DNA from: an uncultured virus (IMG/VR IMGVR_UViG_3300044825_003205)
Taxonomy: Duplodnaviria > Heunggongvirae > Uroviricota > Caudoviricetes
Reading direction: 5' to 3' (one strand)
DNA: 64,000 nucleotides
Virus record (IMG/VR): IMGVR_UViG_3300044825_003205
Span: 62,001 to 126,000 of that record
Positions 32,367-42,514 of the stretch are shown here, piece after piece (within the stretch, counting starts at the first letter, position 1; each line of letters begins with the position of its first letter). Under the pieces are notes generated by a model. It worked only from the letters and a program-made list of their open reading frames with translations, was not told where the DNA came from and ran no database searches. Both the position numbers and the translations under genes were made by a program.

Positions 32367-33056
32367 ATGAAAAAAGAAAAAATATTAATCATACTTCCCA
32401 CTAAACAAAGATTGAACGATTTCGAAACGTTCGCAGAATCATGGATGACTACGACAAAAGGAAAAAGTGACGTTTTGGTTGCAATAGATTTAGAGGATAA
32501 AACATATGATACTGTTAAGGAAAAATACCCATTTATTTATGAAAAAGTGGAACCCTCAAGTGTATTAGAAATACTCAATCAAATGGCCGTAAAATATTCT
32601 AAAGAATATAAATTTATTTCTTTTATGGAAGATGATTGTGTCTTTGTTACTGAAAATTGGGAAGACTCATTTATAAATAAATTAAATGAAATTGGTGACT
32701 ATGGTATAGTTTGGGGTAACGATTTAATTAACCGACATCAGATTGTAGGTTTACCATTTTTAGACTCTAAAATAGTCGATGTCCTTGGTTATATGTCTCC
32801 ACCTGAATTAAAATACCTTTGGGTTGATTATTTTTGGAAACAACTTGGAGCGGATTTAGGGACTTTATTTTATTTCCCTGAAATAATTGTTGAGCATAGG
32901 CATTATTCATCAGGAAAAAGACAAAAAGATGAAATTAGTGATGTAGTTGATAGTCATGGTTTAATTGATATGAAATCATACCATGAAAATTACCTGAAAA
33001 ATAGGTATCGTTCAGATTTACAAAAATTAATTAATCAGAGACAACGAAATAGTTGA
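32367..33056 (+). CDS. GT2-like glycosyltransferase
   Basis: IILPTKQR, FMEDDC, WGND and EHRH. Confidence 0.7.
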   Translation: MKKEKILIILPTKQRLNDFETFAESWMTTTKGKSDVLVAIDLEDKTYDTVKEKYPFIYEKVEPSSVLEILNQMAVKYSKEYKFISFMEDDCVFVTENWEDSFINKLNEIGDYGIVWGNDLINRHQIVGLPFLDSKIVDVLGYMSPPELKYLWVDYFWKQLGADLGTLFYFPEIIVEHRHYSSGKRQKDEISDVVDSHGLIDMKSYHENYLKNRYRSDLQKLINQRQRNS

Positions 33057-33838
33057 TGATGAAAAACAGAGATTTATGGATACCCAACCCATCTTTGGGA
33101 ACAGATTTTTTTAGAGTCTGTAGTGAAATAATTAGTAAGGAAGATTTGTTTAAAACTTTTAAGAGGAATCCTAGATTTTGTAATATAATCGGTAATGATG
33201 TCAGGTCAAAATCAATTTCTGATGTTTTATTTGACAGATTAATTCTAAGTGACTCAGATATTATATATAATATTGAAAAATTTAAAACTAATGACCTTTA
33301 CGGTGACCCCTACATGTATCATTATCCCAAAATTGGTTCTATTTCCCCAGGCACACTTTATTTTATCGACATTTTAAGACAGATTATTAATCATTTTGGG
33401 AACATAAATCGTTTCAATATAGTAGAAATAGGAAGTGGATATGGTGGACAAGCAAAAATAATTTTAGACCAAGGTGTCAATTCATACACTTGTATTGATG
33501 TAAAAGAACCATTATTTTTATGTAAAAAATATCTATCACTTTTCAATTATGATAATGTTCAATATCAAGAATGGAATAGCATTAAATCATCAGAATATAA
33601 CTTAGTAATTTCAAATTGGTGTTTGAGCGAGTTCAACGAAGAAGGTATTAATTATTATGTTGAAAGTGTTATCAAAAAATGTAATTTTGGTTTTTTTTTA
33701 ATGAATGTTTGGGACACTGATGAGAGAAAAAAATACATTATTAACAAATTAAAAGAAATTTTCAATACTGTGGAAATATTACCAGAAGAACCCAAAACTC
33801 ATCAAAATAATAATTTTTTATTAATCGGAAAAAAATGA
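33053..33838 (+). CDS. putative sugar O-methyltransferase
   Basis: NDLYGDP, IVEIGSGYGG and LVISNWCLSE. Confidence 0.75.
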   Translation: MMMKNRDLWIPNPSLGTDFFRVCSEIISKEDLFKTFKRNPRFCNIIGNDVRSKSISDVLFDRLILSDSDIIYNIEKFKTNDLYGDPYMYHYPKIGSISPGTLYFIDILRQIINHFGNINRFNIVEIGSGYGGQAKIILDQGVNSYTCIDVKEPLFLCKKYLSLFNYDNVQYQEWNSIKSSEYNLVISNWCLSEFNEEGINYYVESVIKKCNFGFFLMNVWDTDERKKYIINKLKEIFNTVEILPEEPKTHQNNNFLLIGKK

Positions 33839-34662
33839 TAGAAGTTAATTTATTCGACATGGAATTTATACATACTGAAAGTATGTTAGGGTACATTACA
33901 TGTTCTGATTTACTGAAACCCAAAAAAATTAAATGGGTTAACGGTAAAATGGTATTTGATGGCATCACAGTTTTTACTGACAGATATATCGACTACGATT
34001 TTGATAAAGTAAAATCATCCATAAAAATCTTTTGGTTGTTAGAACCAAGAGCAGTAAGACCTGATGGATATTCTAAAATAATAAAATTAGAAGATAAGTT
34101 TGACTATATTTTAACTTATGACTCAGAATTACTAAAAAGAAATAAAAAATATGTAAAATATATTGTTGGACAATCTAGAGTTTATGAACCCAAGATATGT
34201 GATAAAAAAAAGATGTTCAGTATGATAGCTTCAAATAAAAGAATGACTCAGGGACATAGATTTAGACACGATATATCCGAATCATTATCACTAAAACATA
34301 AAATTGATATGTGGGGTTCAGGATATAAATCATTCAGTTCGAAAATTGACCCACTATCCGAATATTATTTTAGTATTTCAGTTATGAATAGTAAAATTGA
34401 TAATTTTTTCACAGAAGTTCTTCTTGATAATTTTATGTTAGGAACTATCCCAATTTTTTGGGGATGTCCAAATATAAACGAATATTTTGATGATAGGGGT
34501 ATCATAAGTTTTGATACCATATCCGAACTAGATGAAATATTATCAAATTTGACAATTAGAGATTATTATGATAGAATGGAGTATGTGAAGAAAAATTTAG
34601 AATTAGCTAAAAATTATGTATCAACTGATGACATAATTGCGGATATATTACAAAAACTTTAA
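33835..34662 (+). CDS. GT10-like glycosyltransferase
   Basis: SMIASNK....GH.FRH; YYFSISVMNS...FFTE...D....GTIPIFWG. Confidence 0.75.
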   Translation: MIEVNLFDMEFIHTESMLGYITCSDLLKPKKIKWVNGKMVFDGITVFTDRYIDYDFDKVKSSIKIFWLLEPRAVRPDGYSKIIKLEDKFDYILTYDSELLKRNKKYVKYIVGQSRVYEPKICDKKKMFSMIASNKRMTQGHRFRHDISESLSLKHKIDMWGSGYKSFSSKIDPLSEYYFSISVMNSKIDNFFTEVLLDNFMLGTIPIFWGCPNINEYFDDRGIISFDTISELDEILSNLTIRDYYDRMEYVKKNLELAKNYVSTDDIIADILQKL

Positions 34663-34664
34663 TT

Positions 34665-35480
34665 ATGAAAATACTTGTTTTAGGTTCTTCGGGGCAGATA
34701 GGGATACCCTTAGTAAAATTTTTAAGAAAAAGAAATCATGAAGTTATAGAATTTGACATCGTAAAAGACGTGAACGAAGATTTAAGAGTTCCTTCTGTTT
34801 TAGATAAAATACTCCCTTCAATCGATTTTGTTTTTTTCCTCGCTTTTGATGTTGGAGGGTCTAAATACCTAGAAAAATATCAAGGCACATATGAATTTTT
34901 AGATAATAACATCAAAATAATGGAATACACTTTTGATAGTTTGAAGAAGTATAATAAGAAATTTATCTTCACTTCGACTCAAATGTCAAATATGATTTAT
35001 TCCCCATATGGTTTGTCCAAAAGAATCGGTGAATTATATACTGAATCCTTGGGGGGTATAGTGGCCAAACTTTGGAATGTTTATGGATATGAACATGATT
35101 TTGAAAAATCTCATGTAATCACGGACTTCGTTCTGATGTCTAAAAGGAACAACAAAATCGAGATGAGAACAAACGGTGAAGAAGAAAGACAGTTTCTTTA
35201 TTCGGAAGATTGTTGTGAATGTTTAAATATTTTAATGGAGAAATATGATTACATTGATAAAAAACAATATTTTGAGCTTTCGAGTTTTGAATGGAGTAAA
35301 GTAATTGATGTGGCGAATATTATCAAGGACATTAATCCTGATTGTGAAGTCATACCAAACAATTTAAAAGATACTGTACAATTAGATAAAAAAAATGAAC
35401 CAAATAATTACGTATTAAATTACTGGAAACCAAAAGTATCTTTAAAAGATGGTATAAGAAAAATCTATGAAATGTATTAA
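34665..35480 (+). CDS. NAD-dependent nucleotide-sugar epimerase/dehydratase (SDR)
   Basis: VLGSSGQIG, YGLSK, WNVYG and RQFLY. Confidence 0.88.
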   Translation: MKILVLGSSGQIGIPLVKFLRKRNHEVIEFDIVKDVNEDLRVPSVLDKILPSIDFVFFLAFDVGGSKYLEKYQGTYEFLDNNIKIMEYTFDSLKKYNKKFIFTSTQMSNMIYSPYGLSKRIGELYTESLGGIVAKLWNVYGYEHDFEKSHVITDFVLMSKRNNKIEMRTNGEEERQFLYSEDCCECLNILMEKYDYIDKKQYFELSSFEWSKVIDVANIIKDINPDCEVIPNNLKDTVQLDKKNEPNNYVLNYWKPKVSLKDGIRKIYEMY

Positions 35481-35535
35481 TATCTTAATATTCATTTATT
35501 TAATATTATTTTACAGTTAGTTTTAAACAAAAAAA

Positions 35536-36264
35536 ATGGCAAAAAACGTTAGGAAAAGTGAGAACCAATTTACAGAACAGCCCTTAATTAAAACGAAGAA
35601 GGATTTGATTTGTAGTATTTTAAGAAAAAAAACCAAACAAAAATTTTTATCAGAAAATCAACGAGTATACTATGAAAAACTGGAAAAAAATCAAATAACA
35701 ATTTGTTCAGGACCTGCAGGTGTTGGTAAAAGTTATATTTCAATGAAATGTGCAATAGATTTATTGTCCGACCCAACAACACCATATGAAAAAATTATTA
35801 TTGTTAGACCCGCGGTAGAAGCTGAAGAAAAATTAGGTAGTTTACCTGGTAATGTTGAAGAAAAATTAGACCCTTACATATTTCCATCCTACTATCTTTT
35901 AAATAAAATAATAGGTAAGGAAACGAGGGAAAAACTCAAAGAAATTGAGGCGATTGAAGTTTTTGCTTTGGCATATATGAGAGGTATGAACATTGATAAT
36001 TCCATCCTCATATTTGAGGAAGCTCAAAACTCGACACCGAATCAAATGAAACTTCTCATGACAAGAATTGGGTTTAACTCGAAATTCTTTATTTCAGGTG
36101 ACTTAGAACAAACTGATAGATATAAAGATAAAACTCAAACAGGGCTTTATGATGCGATTAAAAGATTTGGGGGTGTGAATGACATATCTATTCATGAATT
36201 TGAATCCAAAGATGTTGTCAGAAATTCCCTTATCTCTGAAATTTTGAAAAAATATGATGAATGA
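35536..36264 (+). CDS. phoH: PhoH-family ATPase
   Basis: GPAGVGKS, RPAVEAEEKLGSLPG, YMRG, EAQN and GDLEQTD. Confidence 0.95.
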   Translation: MAKNVRKSENQFTEQPLIKTKKDLICSILRKKTKQKFLSENQRVYYEKLEKNQITICSGPAGVGKSYISMKCAIDLLSDPTTPYEKIIIVRPAVEAEEKLGSLPGNVEEKLDPYIFPSYYLLNKIIGKETREKLKEIEAIEVFALAYMRGMNIDNSILIFEEAQNSTPNQMKLLMTRIGFNSKFFISGDLEQTDRYKDKTQTGLYDAIKRFGGVNDISIHEFESKDVVRNSLISEILKKYDE

Positions 36265-36851
36265 AAATAGGTATTGATGTTAATAATGTTCTCAGGGATA
36301 CCCTCACGAAAATAGAACAAGTTTATGAAAGATGGTTTATTGAGAACCATGATGAGGAAGATGATTTTAAATATGAAATTAAATCTCCTGTAACTTCATT
36401 AGACTTAATGAATCATTTATCTTTCAAAGATAAAGACCATCTTTATGATTTCTTATATAAGGATTTTACCATGGAAATATTTGGTCACGCCGGTTCTGTC
36501 GAAATGACAACGATGAATGACCTAAATGATTTCTACCATAATTTGAGGGAGTATCATGATATCATAATTGTTTCGGATGAGATTGGTAAATCGAAACCCG
36601 CAACTTTATTTTTTATTTCTAAATTTGGTTGTTTGATTGAAACTATTAAATTTTATTCTGAACAAACAAAAAAACAGATGTGGAAATCTGTAGATATTTT
36701 ACTTACTGCAAATCCTGAACTACTTTTGAATAAACCATCGAAAAAAATGGTTATAAAATACGAAACCTCTTTTAATAAACACATTCACACAGAACACACA
36801 ATAACAAATTTGAAAGAACTCGAAAATAAAATAAAAGAAATTTATGGTTAA
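36261..36851 (+). CDS. HAD/5'-nucleotidase-like protein (degenerate motif I)
   Basis: MKIGIDVNNVLRD N-terminus resembles NT5C-type HAD proteins. Confidence 0.55.
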   Translation: MKIGIDVNNVLRDTLTKIEQVYERWFIENHDEEDDFKYEIKSPVTSLDLMNHLSFKDKDHLYDFLYKDFTMEIFGHAGSVEMTTMNDLNDFYHNLREYHDIIIVSDEIGKSKPATLFFISKFGCLIETIKFYSEQTKKQMWKSVDILLTANPELLLNKPSKKMVIKYETSFNKHIHTEHTITNLKELENKIKEIYG

Positions 36852-37125
36852 CGTTTTGGGCGAAAATTATTTTATTGACTTGGACGCTGTCGAAGATTAC
36901 TTAGATATGAGTTTGGAACCATCAGTTGAAAATTCAGGAGTAACTGAAACTAAAGTAAATTTGATTAAATTTGAAATGGTCAAAATGTTACTAGAAGTTA
37001 TATTATCTGAAGATGTTGAAATGGATGATAAATTGGGTATCAAATCATCAAATAGTTCAACTTCAATCCCATTCAAAATTGCATTCAATACTCTGTTAAA
37101 TAAAAAATTAATTAACTATTATTAA
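36844..37125 (+). CDS. hypothetical protein
   Basis: 93 aa ORF in operon. Confidence 0.6.
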   Translation: MVNVLGENYFIDLDAVEDYLDMSLEPSVENSGVTETKVNLIKFEMVKMLLEVILSEDVEMDDKLGIKSSNSSTSIPFKIAFNTLLNKKLINYY

Positions 37126-37128
37126 AAA

Positions 37129-38184
37129 ATGGAAAATAACTTAAAAGAAAAGGTTCAACAATCTATAGAGAACTTAAAAAATAAGTCCTCGAGGATTTAC
37201 TTCATGGTTCAAGACACCAAAGGAAATGCTAAAGCTTCTGTTAGATATATCTATCAAGTTGCTATGTCATTGAAAGAAGCAGGTTACAATGCAATAATTC
37301 TACACGAAAAAAACGACTACACTGGAGTAGGTGGATGGATGGGTCCTGAATATATGGAAAACATTCCACATAAGTCTATTGAAAAACAAAACTTAGAAAT
37401 TGCACCTGAAGACTTTATTGTCATACCTGAATTATTTGGTTATGTTATGGAACAAATCAAAAATATCCCATGTGGAAAAATAGTTATGACACAGTCTTAC
37501 AAATACATGTTAGAAACCTTACAACCTGGACAAACATGGCAACAATTTGGTTTTTTTAAATGTTTAACAACCACCCAAAAACAAAAGGAATATATTGAGG
37601 GCATCATGAAAAATGTGAGTGTTGATATACTAACTCCATACATTTCGGATGTTTTTGAAAAAAGAGAGTTACCTCCGATGCCAATTATTGGTATCCATTC
37701 AAGGGAACAATCCGATACAATTAATTTGATAAAAACTTTTTATCTAAAGTTTCCACAATTTAGATGGTTCACTTTTAGAGATTTGAGAGGTCTCAGTGAA
37801 AAAGAATTTGCGAACTCTTTAAAAGAATGTTTTTTATCTGTTTGGATTGATAGAGAGAGTGGTTTTGGGACTTATCCTTTAGAATCAATGGCCTGTGGTG
37901 TTCCTGTTATGGGACTTATTCCTGATATGTTACCTGAATGGATGGTGGAAGAAAACGGAATTTGGGTTGATGACATTACTATGTTGCCAGATTTTATTGC
38001 CGATTTTACACAAAACTGGTTAGAAGATAATATCAAACCAGAACTATATTCTGGTATTGATGCAACCTCAGCAAAATATAAAAATAGAGATGAATTTAAC
38101 AGTAAGAATTTAGAACTTTTCGATTCTTACATAAAAACAAGAGTTGAGTCTTTAGAATCACAAATTTCAAAATTAGAAGATTAA
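37129..38184 (+). CDS. GT-B (GT4-like) glycosyltransferase
   Basis: VIPE; ESGFGTYPLESMACGVPV. Confidence 0.75.
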   Translation: MENNLKEKVQQSIENLKNKSSRIYFMVQDTKGNAKASVRYIYQVAMSLKEAGYNAIILHEKNDYTGVGGWMGPEYMENIPHKSIEKQNLEIAPEDFIVIPELFGYVMEQIKNIPCGKIVMTQSYKYMLETLQPGQTWQQFGFFKCLTTTQKQKEYIEGIMKNVSVDILTPYISDVFEKRELPPMPIIGIHSREQSDTINLIKTFYLKFPQFRWFTFRDLRGLSEKEFANSLKECFLSVWIDRESGFGTYPLESMACGVPVMGLIPDMLPEWMVEENGIWVDDITMLPDFIADFTQNWLEDNIKPELYSGIDATSAKYKNRDEFNSKNLELFDSYIKTRVESLESQISKLED

Positions 38185-38185
38185 T

Positions 38186-38992
38186 ATGAAAAATAAATTA
38201 CCAATTTCAGTAATTCTGCCAATAAAATCTGCAATAGTAAAAGACTTTGAAGATTATTTTGACAAAGCAATAAAGTCTATAATATCGAATGATGTAATTC
38301 CTTCTGAGCTAGTAATTGTTCATACACAAGAAGAAAAGTTAGTTAACTTTTTGAATGAGTATAATTTCGAGGAATTGAACGTAAAAAAAATAAAATTTGA
38401 AGAATCTCCAAATTATTGTTCACAAGTTAATTTTGGTATAAAAAGTAGCGAATACGAATGGGTTTCAATATTTGAATTCGATGATGAATATTCATCTATA
38501 TGGTTCCGAAATGTGAAAAAATACATGGACGCATATCCGACCGCTCAGGTTTTACTACCTGTCGTTGTTGATACTGATTCGAAAGGAATGTTTGCAGGAT
38601 TTACAAATGAAGCAGTCTTTGCAGCAAACTTCACACAAGAATTAGGATATCTAACGAATGAAACTTTACAAAATTATCAGAATTTTCAGACCGCAGGTTC
38701 AGTTATAAAAAAACAAGTTTTCGAAGATTTTGGTTATTTCAAGTCATCAATCAAGTTAACATTCGTATATGAATTTCTTTTGAGATTAACATATAACTCA
38801 GTGAACATAATGACTATTCCAAAACTTGGTTATAAACATTTGAACATGAGAGAAGGTTCAATATTTTGGTCTTACAAAAACTCATCAGAGAAAATGCTCG
38901 AGGATGAAGTTAAATTTTGGTTGGCAACAGCAAAAAAAGAATACTTTTTTGTTGAGGATAGAACCATAAAATATGAACCCCAAGAATCCTAA
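38186..38992 (+). CDS. GT2-like glycosyltransferase
   Basis: ISVILPI, EWVSIFEFDDEY and EFLLRL. Confidence 0.7.
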   Translation: MKNKLPISVILPIKSAIVKDFEDYFDKAIKSIISNDVIPSELVIVHTQEEKLVNFLNEYNFEELNVKKIKFEESPNYCSQVNFGIKSSEYEWVSIFEFDDEYSSIWFRNVKKYMDAYPTAQVLLPVVVDTDSKGMFAGFTNEAVFAANFTQELGYLTNETLQNYQNFQTAGSVIKKQVFEDFGYFKSSIKLTFVYEFLLRLTYNSVNIMTIPKLGYKHLNMREGSIFWSYKNSSEKMLEDEVKFWLATAKKEYFFVEDRTIKYEPQES

Positions 38993-39741
38993 TGAACTTA
39001 ACTCTGTCCGCAATAACAGAGGATGTTGTAACAAAAAAAAGAGGTAGAAAAGCTCAAAAAGAAAACTACTTTGATATAAGAGAAGAAGAAGCGGTAAAAC
39101 GATTCTTAATAGCAAAAACGTCCGAAGAAAAAAACAAAATCTATAATGAGTTCTTAAGAGCTCCTTTGGATAAGATGATATCTTCAATAATTAGAAGATA
39201 TAAGTTATATAGAAAAGATATGGATTTTCAAGAAATTCATGTTGATACACATTCTTTTCTAATGACAAAAGTGGATAAATTTAAACCTTCCAAAAACAAA
39301 AAGGCGTATTCATATTTTGGTACGATATGCAAAAACTATTTGATGGGTCAAATTATAAAAGACCAAAAAGAAACAAATAGAAAAATATCGTATGAGGATG
39401 TATCCTCCGCTTTAGAAGAAAGAGCTGATATGATTTATACAATAGACGACGACACTTTGGGTGTTGAAGTTGTAATTTCTGTTTACATAAAAGAGCTAAA
39501 AGATTTTATAGATAATGAATCTTTAAGTGATAATGAAAAAAAATTGGGGTTTGCATTAGTAGACCTATTTGATAATTACGAAACAATATTTTCTTCAACA
39601 GACAATAACAAATTCAATAAAAATATAATCTTATTGTCTCTCAGAGAAATGACAAACTTGTCTACCAAAGAAATAAGGACATCTATAAAAAAATTCAAGA
39701 AACTATATCTTGGGATTCAAAGTAAATTAAAAAATTACTAA
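38992..39741 (+). CDS. phage sigma factor (T4 gp55-like late sigma)
   Basis: NYF...EEAV; region-2-like KVDKFKPSKNKKAYSYFGTICKNYL. Confidence 0.75.
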   Translation: MNLTLSAITEDVVTKKRGRKAQKENYFDIREEEAVKRFLIAKTSEEKNKIYNEFLRAPLDKMISSIIRRYKLYRKDMDFQEIHVDTHSFLMTKVDKFKPSKNKKAYSYFGTICKNYLMGQIIKDQKETNRKISYEDVSSALEERADMIYTIDDDTLGVEVVISVYIKELKDFIDNESLSDNEKKLGFALVDLFDNYETIFSSTDNNKFNKNIILLSLREMTNLSTKEIRTSIKKFKKLYLGIQSKLKNY

Positions 39742-39757
39742 AAAAGTATTTATAGAT

Positions 39758-40120
39758 ATGCCGAGACCTCAAAAAAAAGAAATTAATTTCACTAAAGAGA
39801 GTATTTTATCTCTCATGCAAGAAATATATAATGAGTTAGTTGAACAAAGAAATACCGCAATCAGAATTCAAAATAAAATGTTGACGATGATGAAAGACCC
39901 TGAAGATATGACAATGATTGGTCCTGTAATTGAAAAACAACAAAAAATTATCAATGATTGTGTCGAAAAAAAAATAAACCTCTCCAAAATACAATCAAGT
40001 ATTTGGGAGAAATCTAACTCTTCACAGGAATCATTCTCGCTAGCAGATTTGGATGATGATTTGATTCAAAATTTGATTGAAAAGGATGTATCTAAAGATG
40101 AAGAGTCATATAGAATTTAA
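39758..40120 (+). CDS. helical hypothetical protein (possible terminase small subunit)
   Basis: 120 aa coiled-coil-like protein with a late motif immediately upstream; function is a guess. Confidence 0.45.
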   Translation: MPRPQKKEINFTKESILSLMQEIYNELVEQRNTAIRIQNKMLTMMKDPEDMTMIGPVIEKQQKIINDCVEKKINLSKIQSSIWEKSNSSQESFSLADLDDDLIQNLIEKDVSKDEESYRI

Positions 40121-40125
40121 AATTT

Positions 40126-42309
40126 ATGGCTCTTTCTTTACCACAACAACAATCTCAGATTGAAAACAGACTGACGGCACTGAAAACTTATAATGAGGTT
40201 TCGGATGCACAAAAGAAAATTCTTTCTAAAGCAGGTAATTCTTTTTCAAATGTTGGAAATAAGTTTTCCTCTCAATTAAATAAAATTTCGGAGCAACAAA
40301 AACGATTCCAAAGAGATGCCCCTACATCGATGGATAGGGTACTGAATCTTTTGAATATCACTAATGGTGCTGGACCTGAAAGTTTCAGGTTTTTAAGGAG
40401 GGCATTAATTCAAACATTAGTTGAAATTGGTCCTCAAATTAACAAGATACTTGCTGAAGAAACAATAAAGGCTTTAGGATGTTCACAAGAACAAACTTAT
40501 ACTGGAATTAATGTTGGTGAGGTACAAGTACCGAGTCTTGCATTACTTCCATCAAATCAAGGTATCTATGTTCCTTTAAAAAATATTGATTTATCGGGTA
40601 GTTTGAAAATTCCAACCCCCGAAGAAAGTGGTGTAAAGGAAAATCTATCAGACGTAAACCCTACCGATGTATTATTCAATTTTCAATCAACCTTGAAAGG
40701 ATGGTTGGGTAAAATATACTACGAAAAAGAAATACCTTCTAAGTCTGACAAATTTGTGCCATATGGAGGTGCGGTAAAATATCCTATGTTAAAAGCGTTG
40801 AGACAAAGGACTCAATCCCAAGGTCAAACCTACGAAAATAACTATGGTGCATACTATAATGGTAAATCGGGTGATTATTTATTCGACTTAGTTTATACAA
40901 ACCAAGGTGGTTTAGGGGAAAGTGGTGATTTTCTGAGAGTCTTTCTTTTAGATAGAGAAGGAGCACCTAAAAATCCTTCAGGATTCTCGATGAACAATGT
41001 GACAGAATTCGTTCAGGATTACTATTCAACGATTGAAACTTTTGCATTACCTCAAGTATTAGCAACTACAATAAATTATCTAACAAATTTTGCAGATATA
41101 AAGGCGAGGGTTGGTTTTGCACAAATGGAGGCACAAAATAAGTTTGCATTACTTTTGAATAGAATTTTAGGACTTTGCTTTGACGACAGAGAAGAAATCG
41201 ATGTTAGTGGTAATGCAAAAGTTGGGGAACTCGATGGGGTGGATGATGCTTTTTTTGAATTTACTGAAGTAGATTTGAGAAACATCGAATTCAATATTGC
41301 TGACGCTCAACAAGGTGTTGTAACCTTTATAGATTGCGACAATGTCAAGCTACCCGTAGATGCTGACTCAATTGCGACACAAATTGTAGAATTTTCAGAC
41401 AATTTACCCACACAAACAAAGGCGGAGCAAGTTGATGCAATAGAAAAAATAATTGATTCAATTACTAAGGACCCGAAGTGGAAACTTTTATACCCGAATA
41501 CCGCGGGTATCGACGTATCTATTAGTAAAAATTTTATCAAACAACTTCCTGTGGCCTTAGCTTCTTCCATACTAAATCCAAAGGTGTTATTACCTCTCAT
41601 GACTATGTTTAAAGTATTGGAAAAAAATGTAACCGATGATGCAAACGATATTATCAGACAACAGAATGAACTGATATCATCAGCAAATACAATATTAAAA
41701 TCAGGTACAACAATCGGTCAACAAGTTTCTAAAGAGATAAATGATGGTGTGGACTTCGTAAAAAAGAATAAGACGTTTGTCATTGCTTTAGTATCAAGAA
41801 TTTCTGCAATATTCATCGAAACTCTTTTCGAAATTTTAAAAAGGGAAATCTTTGTTTTACTTGAAGTTATAATAAGAGACATTAATAAGTCTGCAACCCT
41901 AAAAAAATATGCAATCATTCTGAGGTTAGTTCAATTGGCGTATGTAATCGGTAGATTTGTTAGGGATTATAGGAAATGTAAATCTCTATTGGATGAAATT
42001 GCAATGTTGTTACAAATGATAAGTAATTCAGTTGGGGCAATAAGACTTCCAGCATTTCTCAATTTATTTGCGGCTCTTCTACCAGGATTTTCACCCGAAA
42101 GAGCAACATTGAATGTTATTGAGGAGCTTCAAAAACTTGGAATACCTACCGGTCCAGGGCCAGACGGTTCTGACAATTTAATGAATCAGTTTGTTAAATC
42201 AGTTATATCTGGTATGGATTCCGAAGAAAGTCAAAACGGTAAAGTACAAACATCTGTAGCATTAGCTCCTCCAATCGGATTAATAAGCACATACGGAAAA
42301 AAAATGTAA
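40126..42309 (+). CDS. large hypothetical protein, probably structural
   Basis: 727 aa ORF in the late operon upstream of the gp5-like gene. Confidence 0.6.
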   Translation: MALSLPQQQSQIENRLTALKTYNEVSDAQKKILSKAGNSFSNVGNKFSSQLNKISEQQKRFQRDAPTSMDRVLNLLNITNGAGPESFRFLRRALIQTLVEIGPQINKILAEETIKALGCSQEQTYTGINVGEVQVPSLALLPSNQGIYVPLKNIDLSGSLKIPTPEESGVKENLSDVNPTDVLFNFQSTLKGWLGKIYYEKEIPSKSDKFVPYGGAVKYPMLKALRQRTQSQGQTYENNYGAYYNGKSGDYLFDLVYTNQGGLGESGDFLRVFLLDREGAPKNPSGFSMNNVTEFVQDYYSTIETFALPQVLATTINYLTNFADIKARVGFAQMEAQNKFALLLNRILGLCFDDREEIDVSGNAKVGELDGVDDAFFEFTEVDLRNIEFNIADAQQGVVTFIDCDNVKLPVDADSIATQIVEFSDNLPTQTKAEQVDAIEKIIDSITKDPKWKLLYPNTAGIDVSISKNFIKQLPVALASSILNPKVLLPLMTMFKVLEKNVTDDANDIIRQQNELISSANTILKSGTTIGQQVSKEINDGVDFVKKNKTFVIALVSRISAIFIETLFEILKREIFVLLEVIIRDINKSATLKKYAIILRLVQLAYVIGRFVRDYRKCKSLLDEIAMLLQMISNSVGAIRLPAFLNLFAALLPGFSPERATLNVIEELQKLGIPTGPGPDGSDNLMNQFVKSVISGMDSEESQNGKVQTSVALAPPIGLISTYGKKM

Positions 42310-42310
42310 A

Positions 42311-42514
42311 ATGACAAAAGAAGAATTAGATGAAATAATTGATTCGCAAAAGGATTTGAAAAATATACCAAATTCGACTTTGATTTCACAGATGGATTTA
42401 TTGACTCAAGATTTTGACGATACCAAAGAAAAAATAATAAGCATGACTTATTATTTAGATAAAGTGGAAGAATTATATAATAATATATTATCAGAATATC
42501 AAAATAGAGTATAA
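42311..42514 (+). CDS. small hypothetical protein
   Basis: 67 aa coiled-coil-like ORF filling the gap between genes. Confidence 0.6.
   Translation: MTKEELDEIIDSQKDLKNIPNSTLISQMDLLTQDFDDTKEKIISMTYYLDKVEELYNNILSEYQNRV

Noticed and set aside
5885..38992. Glyco-islands as a bacterial O-antigen/capsule locus or a host-phage chimera
   Set aside because: They are interleaved and translationally coupled with phage genes (dut, exonuclease, phoH, sigma), have no transport or polymerase genes, and show the same GATC avoidance where read.
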